From UHGV virus genome UHGV-0282798: DNA of 45,006 nucleotides; one strand, given 5' to 3'. The translations under genes were made by a program, and so were the position numbers. Positions 23,413-32,409 of this stretch are shown one piece after another; position 1 is the first letter of the stretch, and the number at the start of each line of letters is the position of its first letter. This DNA is from a virus. A model generated the notes under the pieces. The model searched no databases. It saw only the letters and a program-made list of their open reading frames with translations, and was not told the origin of the DNA.

Positions 23413-25980
23413 TTAACTAAAACCGTTGCTGAATCCGTCGGAGAAACCGCGACCGAAAGGCGCGACGCCGTCGTATTTGTAGAAGTCCGCTTCGTAGTTA
23501 ATCCCGGTAATCTTAACTGTTCTGTCGTCTCCCGGGTCAACTGTAGAAACAAGAATCATCTGAGCATTATGCCTTGCTTCGTTGCCGAATGAAAACTCAG
23601 TTTTTAGCGCACTATTACCCGCGTAAATTGCTTCTTGAGGTGCGGATAACATAATCACCTCGCGATCGTGACTTCCAGGAACCACCGCGACGCTCTGAAC
23701 TCCGCCATCTCGCCTCTTAAGAATCAATGAGTGGTCGTCTCCGGGGGTAAACGTAACAGGTTGTGATAGCGTCAGCGCAAGCCCATTAATGGCAACAACA
23801 TAGCCATCTTGCGGGGCCATACGCGAACCTTTTACCACACTTACCGCACGCCCAGGCATTGCAAAAACCCCTTCTTCTGTCGCCGTGAATGATACTGTTA
23901 CCTTCTTCAACAGGTTTTTCTGGTATCGACGATATGCGGACCAGTACGCCTGTCGATAATTACGGATACCTTTAGAGTCATACGTTTCTGTGTTGACTCC
24001 ACCTTCCGCTGGAATACTAATAGTCTCTTTGACGTTAGTATCTGGGTCGATGTAGGAGAATTTGAGACTATCGTATACCTGAGCGTCGTTAAACGTGCGT
24101 GTCCACTTCTCCGTAGCGGTAGTTTTGCTGCGGTGGGTGAACACCATTTCAGGCCCCATTCGAGGGCGTTCGAAATCCAGAAGAATATCGGCACCTCTAC
24201 GGTATGGGGTGCAGAAAATTGCTTCCGCTATCGTAGTTACTATGTCCTGCATAGTAGTTTTGTAATCATCGAATGTGTAGCAGAATTGCCCTGCCTCGGC
24301 GTTCCCGAAATAACTTTCAATCTCAGCCTGCGTGGCCAGCAACTTATCCATGTTAGCCGTGGTGAGATTGAGGTTTCCTACAACTGGGTCGCGAGCAAGC
24401 CGTATCAGGGACTGCACTGCCTGTGTGTTAGGTGTCATAACTGTATCAAAAACACCGTTGCCCAGGTACTTGTACACCATCTCGGTAGCTACCATGCGCA
24501 ATTGAGGCTGTTTAACCTCTGCGGCGCGGGGTGTCTGCTTACGCGCAGAATGTACCGTTGTACGGTTGCCATAGTGAGGGGTGCGGTCTATTGACTGCCC
24601 GTAGAGGTTTACATAAGTAACTTCGTCGACAACTGTACCTTCGAAATCAAGGTCCAGATTGGTAACACGGCGCATACGAACCCGAACTTTAGACGGCGAG
24701 GGGAGGTCGGCGTATATTGTAACGCCAGTGTAATCCTGGCTACGGCCTGTAACTGTTCCTTGTTTTGTGTACACCGGGCCATACGGTTGCCCGTCAACAT
24801 CCAGTAACTGGTACTGCATTTCAACGACAACAGATGCCCGTGTTTTATTCTCACCGTTGTCCTTGTACATGCCGTTTGCCGCAGCAACGTTAGTTACCAC
24901 TCGTTCTACGTTTATGCGGTTGATATAAGCCCAGTCTGTAAGGCTGGCGGTATAGGTATCCTGCGGCCCGATCAGATGTTTACCCTGAACGTTATCTATG
25001 GGGTACGCCGTTGTCCCTATTAAATTCCATTGTGACTGGTTGTTAGAAATATCAACTACCAGGGTAGTGTCACTAACAGAAATAACTGGGTAATAACCGG
25101 AAAGATTTACCTCACCGCCAAGGCCGCCAGGAGTAGTATCTGCAAACACTCCATCAAAGAATGCTATTTGACCAACAGAAAGAACATCATAGAATCCTGC
25201 GTCCGGTCCGGTAACTGTGCCAGTTGAGCCAGAGCGCTGTACGGTGAACAACCCAACATTAACCTGTACGTCATTCTGGGCTTTAAGTACTACGCCATCT
25301 ACTTCGTTTGACGCTACGGTGATGTAAAGCCCCTGATCGATAGGGTCTCCGATGCGTAATTGTGGTGTGCTAGTGTTATTTGGCGACGTGAACGGTGTGT
25401 ATATTTCTACCGAAGTGCCCGTGATTTCTTGTACTCGCGTATCACCGTCTGTTACATCTTCCGGTTTAATATCCAGATACCCACGCCCGGCGTCATAGTA
25501 GCCGTATTCAACGACCGTACCAGATGCATTGAACACCTTGTAAGTGGTCATAAGGTCGTTAGGGATGGTCTGAACCCTGCCGCAGATGTCATAAGTTCGC
25601 TCGTATGGGCGAGCTTTGTTGTTGCGGTCGGTCAGACTATTGTTAGGGGAGTCGGCTTGCTGGTTAGCAAGATTGTTAGACACGCCCTTCGTTGACGGTG
25701 TGAGTAATTTAGCTAGCGGTTTAAGGATGATGCTGAATACTTTCATCACGCCTTTGACTACCCCGCCGCCAGCACCTTCCAGGACGTGAAAAACGGCATC
25801 CTGTTTTAATGCGTCAAAATCTTCTGTTACGTCGTTATCCTCTCCTATTTCTTCGAGGAAAACGCGAAACGGCACACCATCAGGGATATGGTTTACGACG
25901 AAATTCAGCGGCGAGTCGTTATGCCGTTTTTGCGTAAACGTCCCGTCTTCGTTACGGGTGTAGTGGATGACTATCGCCAA
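23413..25980 (-). CDS. Tail tip / central fibre protein (gpJ-like, putative)
   Basis: 855 aa, position after the K/L-like genes; call is by size and position only. Confidence 0.5.
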   Translation of the reverse strand: MAIVIHYTRNEDGTFTQKRHNDSPLNFVVNHIPDGVPFRVFLEEIGEDNDVTEDFDALKQDAVFHVLEGAGGGVVKGVMKVFSIILKPLAKLLTPSTKGVSNNLANQQADSPNNSLTDRNNKARPYERTYDICGRVQTIPNDLMTTYKVFNASGTVVEYGYYDAGRGYLDIKPEDVTDGDTRVQEITGTSVEIYTPFTSPNNTSTPQLRIGDPIDQGLYITVASNEVDGVVLKAQNDVQVNVGLFTVQRSGSTGTVTGPDAGFYDVLSVGQIAFFDGVFADTTPGGLGGEVNLSGYYPVISVSDTTLVVDISNNQSQWNLIGTTAYPIDNVQGKHLIGPQDTYTASLTDWAYINRINVERVVTNVAAANGMYKDNGENKTRASVVVEMQYQLLDVDGQPYGPVYTKQGTVTGRSQDYTGVTIYADLPSPSKVRVRMRRVTNLDLDFEGTVVDEVTYVNLYGQSIDRTPHYGNRTTVHSARKQTPRAAEVKQPQLRMVATEMVYKYLGNGVFDTVMTPNTQAVQSLIRLARDPVVGNLNLTTANMDKLLATQAEIESYFGNAEAGQFCYTFDDYKTTMQDIVTTIAEAIFCTPYRRGADILLDFERPRMGPEMVFTHRSKTTATEKWTRTFNDAQVYDSLKFSYIDPDTNVKETISIPAEGGVNTETYDSKGIRNYRQAYWSAYRRYQKNLLKKVTVSFTATEEGVFAMPGRAVSVVKGSRMAPQDGYVVAINGLALTLSQPVTFTPGDDHSLILKRRDGGVQSVAVVPGSHDREVIMLSAPQEAIYAGNSALKTEFSFGNEARHNAQMILVSTVDPGDDRTVKITGINYEADFYKYDGVAPFGRGFSDGFSNGFS

Positions 25981-26336
25981 AATTCAATCTCCTGATATGT
26001 GTCGCGTAAATCGTCCAGACGGTCGAGACGCACTTGTCTGGACGCTAACTCGCAGTGGCTTACCATTCCATCATAATACACGCCCGCATGCCACACTACA
26101 CGCCCTCGGTGATAAGTACCAAGCAACACGGCGTCATAATTCTGCGGACTGGCAGCGCGTTCCAGACCTTTCGGGTCGGAGTGCCCTGCATCAAACGCCG
26201 AGTCTATCGCAGTTGGTGATGTTACGTCGAAAGCTGGCGTAGATAGCCCAGCATCACCGCGCACCCTGCGTACGTGATGCCAACAATTGTAGCGACGAAA
26301 GTCATAAGGGAGGCCCGTATAGGCAGTGATACTCAT
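25971..26336 (-). CDS. NlpC/P60-like tail assembly protein (gpK-like)
   Basis: YDFRRYNCWHHV has the Cys-Trp-His signature of NlpC/P60 peptidases. Track ORF extends to 26489; ATG 26334-26336 (MSITAYTG) overlaps the upstream stop. Confidence 0.5.
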   Translation of the reverse strand: MSITAYTGLPYDFRRYNCWHHVRRVRGDAGLSTPAFDVTSPTAIDSAFDAGHSDPKGLERAASPQNYDAVLLGTYHRGRVVWHAGVYYDGMVSHCELASRQVRLDRLDDLRDTYQEIEFWR

Positions 26337-26848
26337 GACAAAAGTACCCCACGCAACAGCGGTATTTCTTCCGGTGTCATCAGGATTCCTGTCTGCCGTT
26401 GGTTGAGCATAGGCGTTCCGGTCTCTGCGGTGAACACGCCTTTTTCTTGCGTCAACGTCTGCAACTCGTACACTACAGGGCCGTCGCACGGGTACGACAG
26501 GTCTGTGCTTACGTATCTTCGAAATATGAATTTAGGTAACTCTGTATTGCTATACGGGATGCGGTCCATCTCTTCATCGAGAATGTTAAGAACATCTGGC
26601 AGTGAGAACGAGGCCGTCTGGTCCATATCATTATTGTTCGCGGCGTTCTTGGCGTCCATCGGCGTGGCCTCGAACGTAACAGTTTCGCCAGTTTCAAGAG
26701 TGGCGGTAAGGTCAGACGTCCCGCGCACAAGCAACCACCGCTTCGAGAGAAGCGGGTGCGTTATTTCAAGAGTAATGTAATCCAGTTCGCCGTCTGGGTT
26801 TGATGCCAGCTTACGGCGATAGGCTGCTTCTACTGATTCCTGACTCAT
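26333..26848 (-). CDS. Minor tail protein (gpL-like, putative)
   Basis: Position between M-like and K-like genes; no decisive motif. Confidence 0.4.
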   Translation of the reverse strand: MSQESVEAAYRRKLASNPDGELDYITLEITHPLLSKRWLLVRGTSDLTATLETGETVTFEATPMDAKNAANNNDMDQTASFSLPDVLNILDEEMDRIPYSNTELPKFIFRRYVSTDLSYPCDGPVVYELQTLTQEKGVFTAETGTPMLNQRQTGILMTPEEIPLLRGVLLS

Positions 26849-26851
26849 AAG

Positions 26852-28237
26852 TTAACCGTCCACATTAAAATCAATACGGGTTATATATTTACTACCCCAC
26901 GCAGAATCCGCTTGGGGGATGGTGGCGTAGTTATCTACTGCGGGCACGTTTACGGTAGAACCATCAGAGTATGTAATGTCGATGCTTGTCGCACCATTCA
27001 TGGCTACTTTTGCCGATGCCATAGGTCTTGCTACCGGTGATGCATCGGTTACTATTGGCGATGTGGAGAACTCGCCTTTTTCTATTTGAGGCGAGGACAC
27101 GATGATGCCACTGACACCATCGCCAGCAAACGATGATACGGTCGCTGTTTGGTAAACCCCTACCGCCAGATTTAAGCCGCTGAACCCACCCGACGGACCA
27201 GTTACTGTTTCAGTAGCCCGATACCATCCGCCTCCTATAGATGTTATTGTGGAGTATGCTTCGCCATCTACAATGGCCCCGGATGTAAGGTTTACTATCG
27301 CGGAAGAGATGTGCGTAGTGTCCTGATTTGCCGCGCGGAGTCTGGCGAAATCATACCCATTCGCCTTAAAAAATACACTGAATGTGTATTTTTCACCTTC
27401 TAAAATCTGTGCGGAAACGGTCTGGTTAACTGTGTGAACACCTGTGTCCCCATTTGGGGTAATAGCGAAAGATGAAGCCAAGCTCCCGTCGTAACTGGAT
27501 GTTGTCCTCTGCTTGAACCACGCCGAGTTGCCGAAATTATTGCTAAAAGTAAGTATGTTTTCCGCTGCGGTTTCAGGGGGGACGCGCCCGGCGGCAACAC
27601 CACCGATAAACGTAAGAGGCCATTCATTGGTGGTGGACTGCACAAGATTGCCGTTCCGGTTGATATAATAAACCCGCGGCCCGTCATACACAACGCGGCT
27701 ATCAAGAGTCGACGCCAGAAGGTTAATCGGTGGGTATCCTGCAGGCCCTTCATTGCTCCAGATGCGCGGGAACGTCGTTTCGTAGTTAGCATATATTTTC
27801 ATGAAACTGCCCAGACGATCCCCGTAACAGCCGTACAAATCCGGAAGATTCTTCGTAAGGCATGTATCTTCCTGAATAGCTGTTCTCTCTGCCGTGGCGG
27901 TGAACGTAATTACCCAGTTCTTACCGTCGTCGGTGCTATCACTAATCGTCGATGTGATGAGTATCTGGTGGTCCTCGATGCCCATACCTGTATCATGCGG
28001 CATGATAAACGAGGACGCACCGCCGTCGATGTTGTTCAGGAAGCTATAAAACGCCTGGCGCCCGAGAGAAGACACTACTAGCGTTACGCTAATTGGTACC
28101 GGTTCAAAGTACGTGTCTCTCCCCTGGCGGGGTAAGCCGCCCTGAACCTCTGTGCGCCAGATATTACTCCCCCTTGTCTGAGAGTACCCCTTCGACACTA
28201 TAGGCTTTAAACTTGTTGGAAATCTTAAAGAAGACAT
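26852..28237 (-). CDS. Minor/distal tail protein with long C-terminal extension
   Basis: 461 aa; first gene after the tape measure; Gly/Ser/Thr/Asn-rich C-terminal ~300 aa suggests a carbohydrate-binding or fibre-like module. Confidence 0.45.
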   Translation of the reverse strand: MSSLRFPTSLKPIVSKGYSQTRGSNIWRTEVQGGLPRQGRDTYFEPVPISVTLVVSSLGRQAFYSFLNNIDGGASSFIMPHDTGMGIEDHQILITSTISDSTDDGKNWVITFTATAERTAIQEDTCLTKNLPDLYGCYGDRLGSFMKIYANYETTFPRIWSNEGPAGYPPINLLASTLDSRVVYDGPRVYYINRNGNLVQSTTNEWPLTFIGGVAAGRVPPETAAENILTFSNNFGNSAWFKQRTTSSYDGSLASSFAITPNGDTGVHTVNQTVSAQILEGEKYTFSVFFKANGYDFARLRAANQDTTHISSAIVNLTSGAIVDGEAYSTITSIGGGWYRATETVTGPSGGFSGLNLAVGVYQTATVSSFAGDGVSGIIVSSPQIEKGEFSTSPIVTDASPVARPMASAKVAMNGATSIDITYSDGSTVNVPAVDNYATIPQADSAWGSKYITRIDFNVDG

Positions 28238-28272
28238 AGTAAGATACTCCTATTATTTTAGGAGATACTAAC

Positions 28273-28923
28273 ATGATACCCACAGAAAAAGTAGCTAAGA
28301 GTATGTGGCTGCGCGCGAATTATCCCGCGAACAAAAGCAGCAAAACTAGGCGTGCAACTATATGCGATTTTGGCATAAATGATGCCGATTATGTGGTTAG
28401 TCCTAAGATAAACGGCAACCGTGAGCCGTGTCCTGCGTACGCTACGTGGCGAGGGATGATCCAACGTTGCATAGACGTCGAGTATAAAAACAAAAGACCT
28501 GCATACAAGGATGTAACTGTGTGGCATGGGTGGCAAAGGTTTATGTCCTTCCGTAGATGGTGGCTTTGTAATTACGTAGAAGGATGGGAACTAGATAAGG
28601 ACTTATTCTCTGGTATTAATAAGATATACAGCCCCACCACTTGCATTTTTATTCCGCAATGGTTGAATGTTTTTCTACTGGAAAGGAAAAATAGTGGGTC
28701 ACCTACAGGTGTTTTTTATGAAGAATCAAGAGGTAAATTTAAAGCCTCAGTGAAATATGAGAAAAAAACTATTAATCTAGGACGTTTTGAAACTCAGGAA
28801 GAAGCGCTAGATGCCTACATCGCTGAAAAGATAAGGATAGCAGAATCAAGAAGATGCGAGATAGAGGCGATAAGAGAAGGTATGTTCGCCCGCGTTATCG
28901 CCTTGATAAAAGAGGGGCGTTAG
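28273..28923 (+). CDS. AP2-domain protein, putative free-standing endonuclease with atypical N-terminal domain
   Basis: C-terminal AP2-like GVFYEESRGKFKASVKYEKKTINLGRFETQEEALDAYIAEK; Trp-rich N-terminal domain (YATWRGMIQRC ... VWHGWQRF) with no HNH motif visible; opposite strand to flanking tail genes. Confidence 0.5.
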   Translation: MIPTEKVAKSMWLRANYPANKSSKTRRATICDFGINDADYVVSPKINGNREPCPAYATWRGMIQRCIDVEYKNKRPAYKDVTVWHGWQRFMSFRRWWLCNYVEGWELDKDLFSGINKIYSPTTCIFIPQWLNVFLLERKNSGSPTGVFYEESRGKFKASVKYEKKTINLGRFETQEEALDAYIAEKIRIAESRRCEIEAIREGMFARVIALIKEGR

Positions 28924-28932
28924 CCCCTACCT

Positions 28933-31257
28933 TTAATACCCCGGCTGACCGCGAGTAGAGCGGCGAGCTTTAGAAATCGGTGAGTTGTTATCCTGTAACT
29001 GCGACGCTACTGTTTCACTGATTATAATACGTAAACGCCCTTCGTCATCACGTTCTGTTACAGCAGAATCTACGCGCCCCGTAGTGTTATTAACTATAGT
29101 GACGTTATCACCGCCGGACTGGCCACCGTTTTGCCCCATAATCTCTTTCATCTGCTGCGCAGTTCGTACGCGCGATGCGCCAGCAGGCATGATAACTTCC
29201 GGTTTGCCGCGTTCTGCGATGGTAGACATCTGCCCCGCTGATAACTGACCGCCCTGCTCACGTGCCGAGCGGATTTTGGCGATATTAGCCAGCCCCGCGG
29301 CAACGGCAGTACCTGCGGCAACCGGTGCCAGGAATGGGCCGACAACCGGTATCGCTGCGGTAGACTTATATGCTTCGATAGCCGAGGTGTATGTTGCGAT
29401 AGTGGCCTGGGCAATAGCAAACGCTTTATACGCGGTGGACGCCTCGCCAAATGCCGTTTTAGCATTAGCTGCCATGTCACCGAAAGAACTACCTAAAGCC
29501 TCGGCGCGCTTCGTAGCATACTGCTCATTGATAGCGTTAAGCGCCGCCTGATACTGTTCCTCGTTAATAAGCCCCTGTTCTCGATACTTATCAGCGACAG
29601 CCAGTTTCTGCTGTTCCTGGATGTCGAGGAGCTCAAGCTCAGCGGCGTTCTGCCCCATAATCTGGGCCATGAAGTCATCGCCTTTCTGCTGCTTTTCCTG
29701 CTGCTCTTTTCTTTTCTTATCCAGTTCTTCCTGTCTGGCCTGCTCGGCTGTGAGCATAATTTGAGTTTTGGCGTTTTCGTATTGCTGCTGGCTTATCGTT
29801 CCTGCGCGGTTGAACTCTTCAAGTTTTGCCAGTTTCTGCTCTTCGGCCGCCGTGATGCGAGAAATTTCATCTCCGGTTGTACGGTCAACCGTAGCAAGGA
29901 AATCTTCCGCGGCTTTCTTCTGGCGTTGTGCCGCCGTTTCTTCACGTTTGGCCTGCGCCGCCAGACGTTTCTCGTTCGATTTAGCCTCGCGGTCTGCCTT
30001 CTCTTTCTCGGTCTTGTCAATGCGGGCGATGTCTTGCTGTGCTTCCGTGTCACGAGCAGCATTATACGCGGCGATCTGTTCTTTGGTTACAGCTTCACGT
30101 TTAGCAAACGCCTGCTTATCCAGTTCAGCTTGCGCCCGGATGCGCTCACGGTCGCTTAAGATGGCGATTTGCTGATTCTTGACGATAGCTTCGTTCTGCT
30201 CCTGGAACCTCTGCGTGGTTGAGTTAACGTTACGACCGAGATTCTTTTGGGCTTCCGCCGCTGCGTTTGCGGACTTCTCCGCGTTCTCCAGTGCTGTGGC
30301 GTTCTTGTTGGCGTTGTCTGTCAGGCGGATAAGTTCCGGATTCAACTGTTTTGTGTTACCGAGCCAGTCGGTAAACACATCGGCGATGCGGCGGGCATTC
30401 TCGGCGGTTGGCTCTTTGTTAAACGCGCTCTGCGCCGCTATCATCTCCAGCGCCTGGTCACGGTTAACCCCGAACTTACTGCTAAGCTCCGCTATATTCT
30501 GCGCCAGCATGTTGACGCCTACGATGTTACCCTCGTAAGTGCCGCCAAGTTTTTCTAACGTGTCGCCTACATCCGCACCCTTAGAGACCAATGCATCGTA
30601 CTGGCTAATAGCGGATGCCGTGGAGGCTTTCCATGTCTCCCATGACTCGGCGTCCTCGCGGACAGCTTTAGCTGTTTGCTGCGCGATAAGGTCTGCGTTA
30701 GCCTTAGCCAGAGCAAGCTGAGTCTCCGCCGCTTCTCTGCTGATTTGGGTAAGCTGGATAAGGCCGTCTGTCAGTTCGAGGGAGCCAGATGCCGTTTGCT
30801 GGAAGGTGTCTTTTAACTGTTTCTGCGCGGCTTCCAGGTCTTTTGAACTGCCTTCTGCTTCGGTTAGCGATTTGTACAGGACACCGCCGATTGCCGAAGC
30901 AAGAGCAATCACAGCCCCGAGCACCGCGCCACCAGGTCCGAAAGCACCAGCAAGCTGCGAACCTTGTTGCCCGATTGCTACGAATGCAGACGTGCCGGAT
31001 TGCAACTGGACTACCATGTCCTGCACCTGGAAGCCAACCTGCCCTGCAGCGTTACGGAACTTAGCGAAACCGTCGGAGGCCGCTTTAGACGTAGCGGAGT
31101 TTACTTTATTAACGTCCGGCGTTAGTTTGTTTACGGATGTGTCCGCCCGGTCTGCGGATGCCGCCATAGCGTCAAGCTGTTTAGCGGCCGCATCAGCGCC
31201 TTCTGTTTTTACTCTGGCAATTAGGGAAGCCGTATCAGCCATCTTCTCTGCCCTCAA
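28933..31257 (-). CDS. Tail tape measure protein
   Basis: 774 aa, Ala/Gln/Glu/Lys-rich coiled-coil composition; between chaperones and distal tail genes. Track start is TTG; ATG at 31240-31242 with GAGGG RBS. Confidence 0.8.
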   Translation of the reverse strand: MRAEKMADTASLIARVKTEGADAAAKQLDAMAASADRADTSVNKLTPDVNKVNSATSKAASDGFAKFRNAAGQVGFQVQDMVVQLQSGTSAFVAIGQQGSQLAGAFGPGGAVLGAVIALASAIGGVLYKSLTEAEGSSKDLEAAQKQLKDTFQQTASGSLELTDGLIQLTQISREAAETQLALAKANADLIAQQTAKAVREDAESWETWKASTASAISQYDALVSKGADVGDTLEKLGGTYEGNIVGVNMLAQNIAELSSKFGVNRDQALEMIAAQSAFNKEPTAENARRIADVFTDWLGNTKQLNPELIRLTDNANKNATALENAEKSANAAAEAQKNLGRNVNSTTQRFQEQNEAIVKNQQIAILSDRERIRAQAELDKQAFAKREAVTKEQIAAYNAARDTEAQQDIARIDKTEKEKADREAKSNEKRLAAQAKREETAAQRQKKAAEDFLATVDRTTGDEISRITAAEEQKLAKLEEFNRAGTISQQQYENAKTQIMLTAEQARQEELDKKRKEQQEKQQKGDDFMAQIMGQNAAELELLDIQEQQKLAVADKYREQGLINEEQYQAALNAINEQYATKRAEALGSSFGDMAANAKTAFGEASTAYKAFAIAQATIATYTSAIEAYKSTAAIPVVGPFLAPVAAGTAVAAGLANIAKIRSAREQGGQLSAGQMSTIAERGKPEVIMPAGASRVRTAQQMKEIMGQNGGQSGGDNVTIVNNTTGRVDSAVTERDDEGRLRIIISETVASQLQDNNSPISKARRSTRGQPGY

Positions 31258-31507
31258 ATATTCCGTCTAAGCCCATGATAACCTCGGCTTCGAACAAACT
31301 TATGCCGTAACCGGCGACATCACGAAACGCTACCAAATCTTGCCATTTGAGCGCATCGCGCGGGATTATAACGATAGTATCATCTGTTTCGCGCTGTAGG
31401 AATTTAATGGCACGGTATTTCTCGAACACGTCGATAAGAGAAACGGGGCATTCTGGCCCCGTCGCTTCTTTCATCTGCGGTTCTTTAATCACACCCATTG
31501 CGATCAA
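31235..31507 (-). CDS. Tail assembly protein (gpT-position ORF)
   Basis: 90 aa between chaperone and tape measure; track start is TTG; its frame is -1 relative to 31597-32013 but is closed by a stop at 31544-31546. Confidence 0.35.
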   Translation of the reverse strand: MIAMGVIKEPQMKEATGPECPVSLIDVFEKYRAIKFLQRETDDTIVIIPRDALKWQDLVAFRDVAGYGISLFEAEVIMGLDGIFEGREDG

Positions 31508-31596
31508 AGCTGCTTGATGCCCCGCCGCGATGTCGTCGAATTGCTTACGTTTCTGGCGGTCGACAAAGCACCATTGCGCAAATTCATACAGCGCTT

Positions 31597-32013
31597 TTAC
31601 TTTTCCGAGAGTTTCTCGCGGCTATCGGTGTGGTGTTTAACTACGGCTTCTGCCAGTCCGCTGTACTGGTCTAACAGGTTAGCCAGCGCCTCTTTGCTGA
31701 ACGGCTCGTCGAATGACCAACCGGTGACGATGTCGACAGCGAGCTGCTTGTTCAGGTCCATCACCCGCCAGCCCTTCTCATCGTTATAGCGCGCCCAGTT
31801 ATTCAGCGCCTCGCACTCTTTATCTAATGGCGCAAGTTCTTCCGTAAGGCGTCGAATTGCCGTTGTGTAGGCGCGGCCTGCACGAACACCCGCATCACAA
31901 TCGGGGCCAATGACCTGCAGCCATTCGCCGGAGTCTTTACCGCTCGGCAGGAGGATAGGCATTTTAGTACCAGTAGCGTGGCGGTCGGCAAAATAAAAAT
32001 CAGAAAGTTTCAT
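31597..32013 (-). CDS. Tail assembly chaperone (gpG-like)
   Basis: 138 aa; position upstream of the tape measure; acidic C-terminal half. Confidence 0.5.
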   Translation of the reverse strand: MKLSDFYFADRHATGTKMPILLPSGKDSGEWLQVIGPDCDAGVRAGRAYTTAIRRLTEELAPLDKECEALNNWARYNDEKGWRVMDLNKQLAVDIVTGWSFDEPFSKEALANLLDQYSGLAEAVVKHHTDSREKLSEK

Positions 32014-32120
32014 TCTTTGATCCTTTGGTTAAGAGGTTACAGGTTAAGGTTGACGCGCCAGACGGGAACCACCCGCTTTTCGTGTGCGACACTAGGCGCA
32101 AACTTATTCTAGCACACTAC

Positions 32121-32149
32121 TTGCACACCCCAATATAATAGGGTACTAT
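32121..32149 (+). promoter_or_regulatory. Promoter TTGCAC-17-TACTAT with dyad (island promoter)
   Basis: -35 32121-32126, -10 32144-32149; dyad AATAGGGTACTATT 32137-32150; same TTGCAC/TACTAT class as 7191 and 8698. Confidence 0.5.
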
Positions 32150-32179
32150 TCACCTACACCAACAATGGAGGGATTTAAA

Positions 32180-32371
32180 ATGTCAAGTTTACCAGTTTCC
32201 TTAATTCTGTTTGCACTTCTCGCTTATTTCGCGCCTTTCCTGGTTGCGTACTTCCGTAATCATAAAGCGAAGTTGGCAATATTCATGGCTAACCTGTTTC
32301 TTGGCTGGGTTCTGCTGCCGTGGGTATTTATTTTAATATGGGCTTGCAACTCGAACGTGAAAGAGAAGTAG
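32180..32371 (+). CDS. Imm-like small membrane protein (superinfection-immunity-type, putative)
   Basis: AYFAPFLVAYFRNHKAKLAIFMANLFLGWVLLPWVFILIWA fits the pattern I recall for the superinfection-immunity family. Track ORF 32165; ATG 32180 has a GGAGGG RBS. Confidence 0.45.
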   Translation: MSSLPVSLILFALLAYFAPFLVAYFRNHKAKLAIFMANLFLGWVLLPWVFILIWACNSNVKEK

Positions 32372-32409
32372 GCTACTATAAGACAAATCCTAAACACGAG
32401 GAAGTAAGC

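Noticed and set aside
31508-31596. Expected overlapping -1 frameshift between the tail assembly chaperone and the next ORF
   Set aside because: The 31235-31507 frame is -1 relative to 31597-32013, but it is closed by a stop at 31544-31546, about 50 nt short of the chaperone stop, so the frames do not overlap. No slippery heptamer could be assigned; the two are annotated as separate ORFs, with low confidence in the second.
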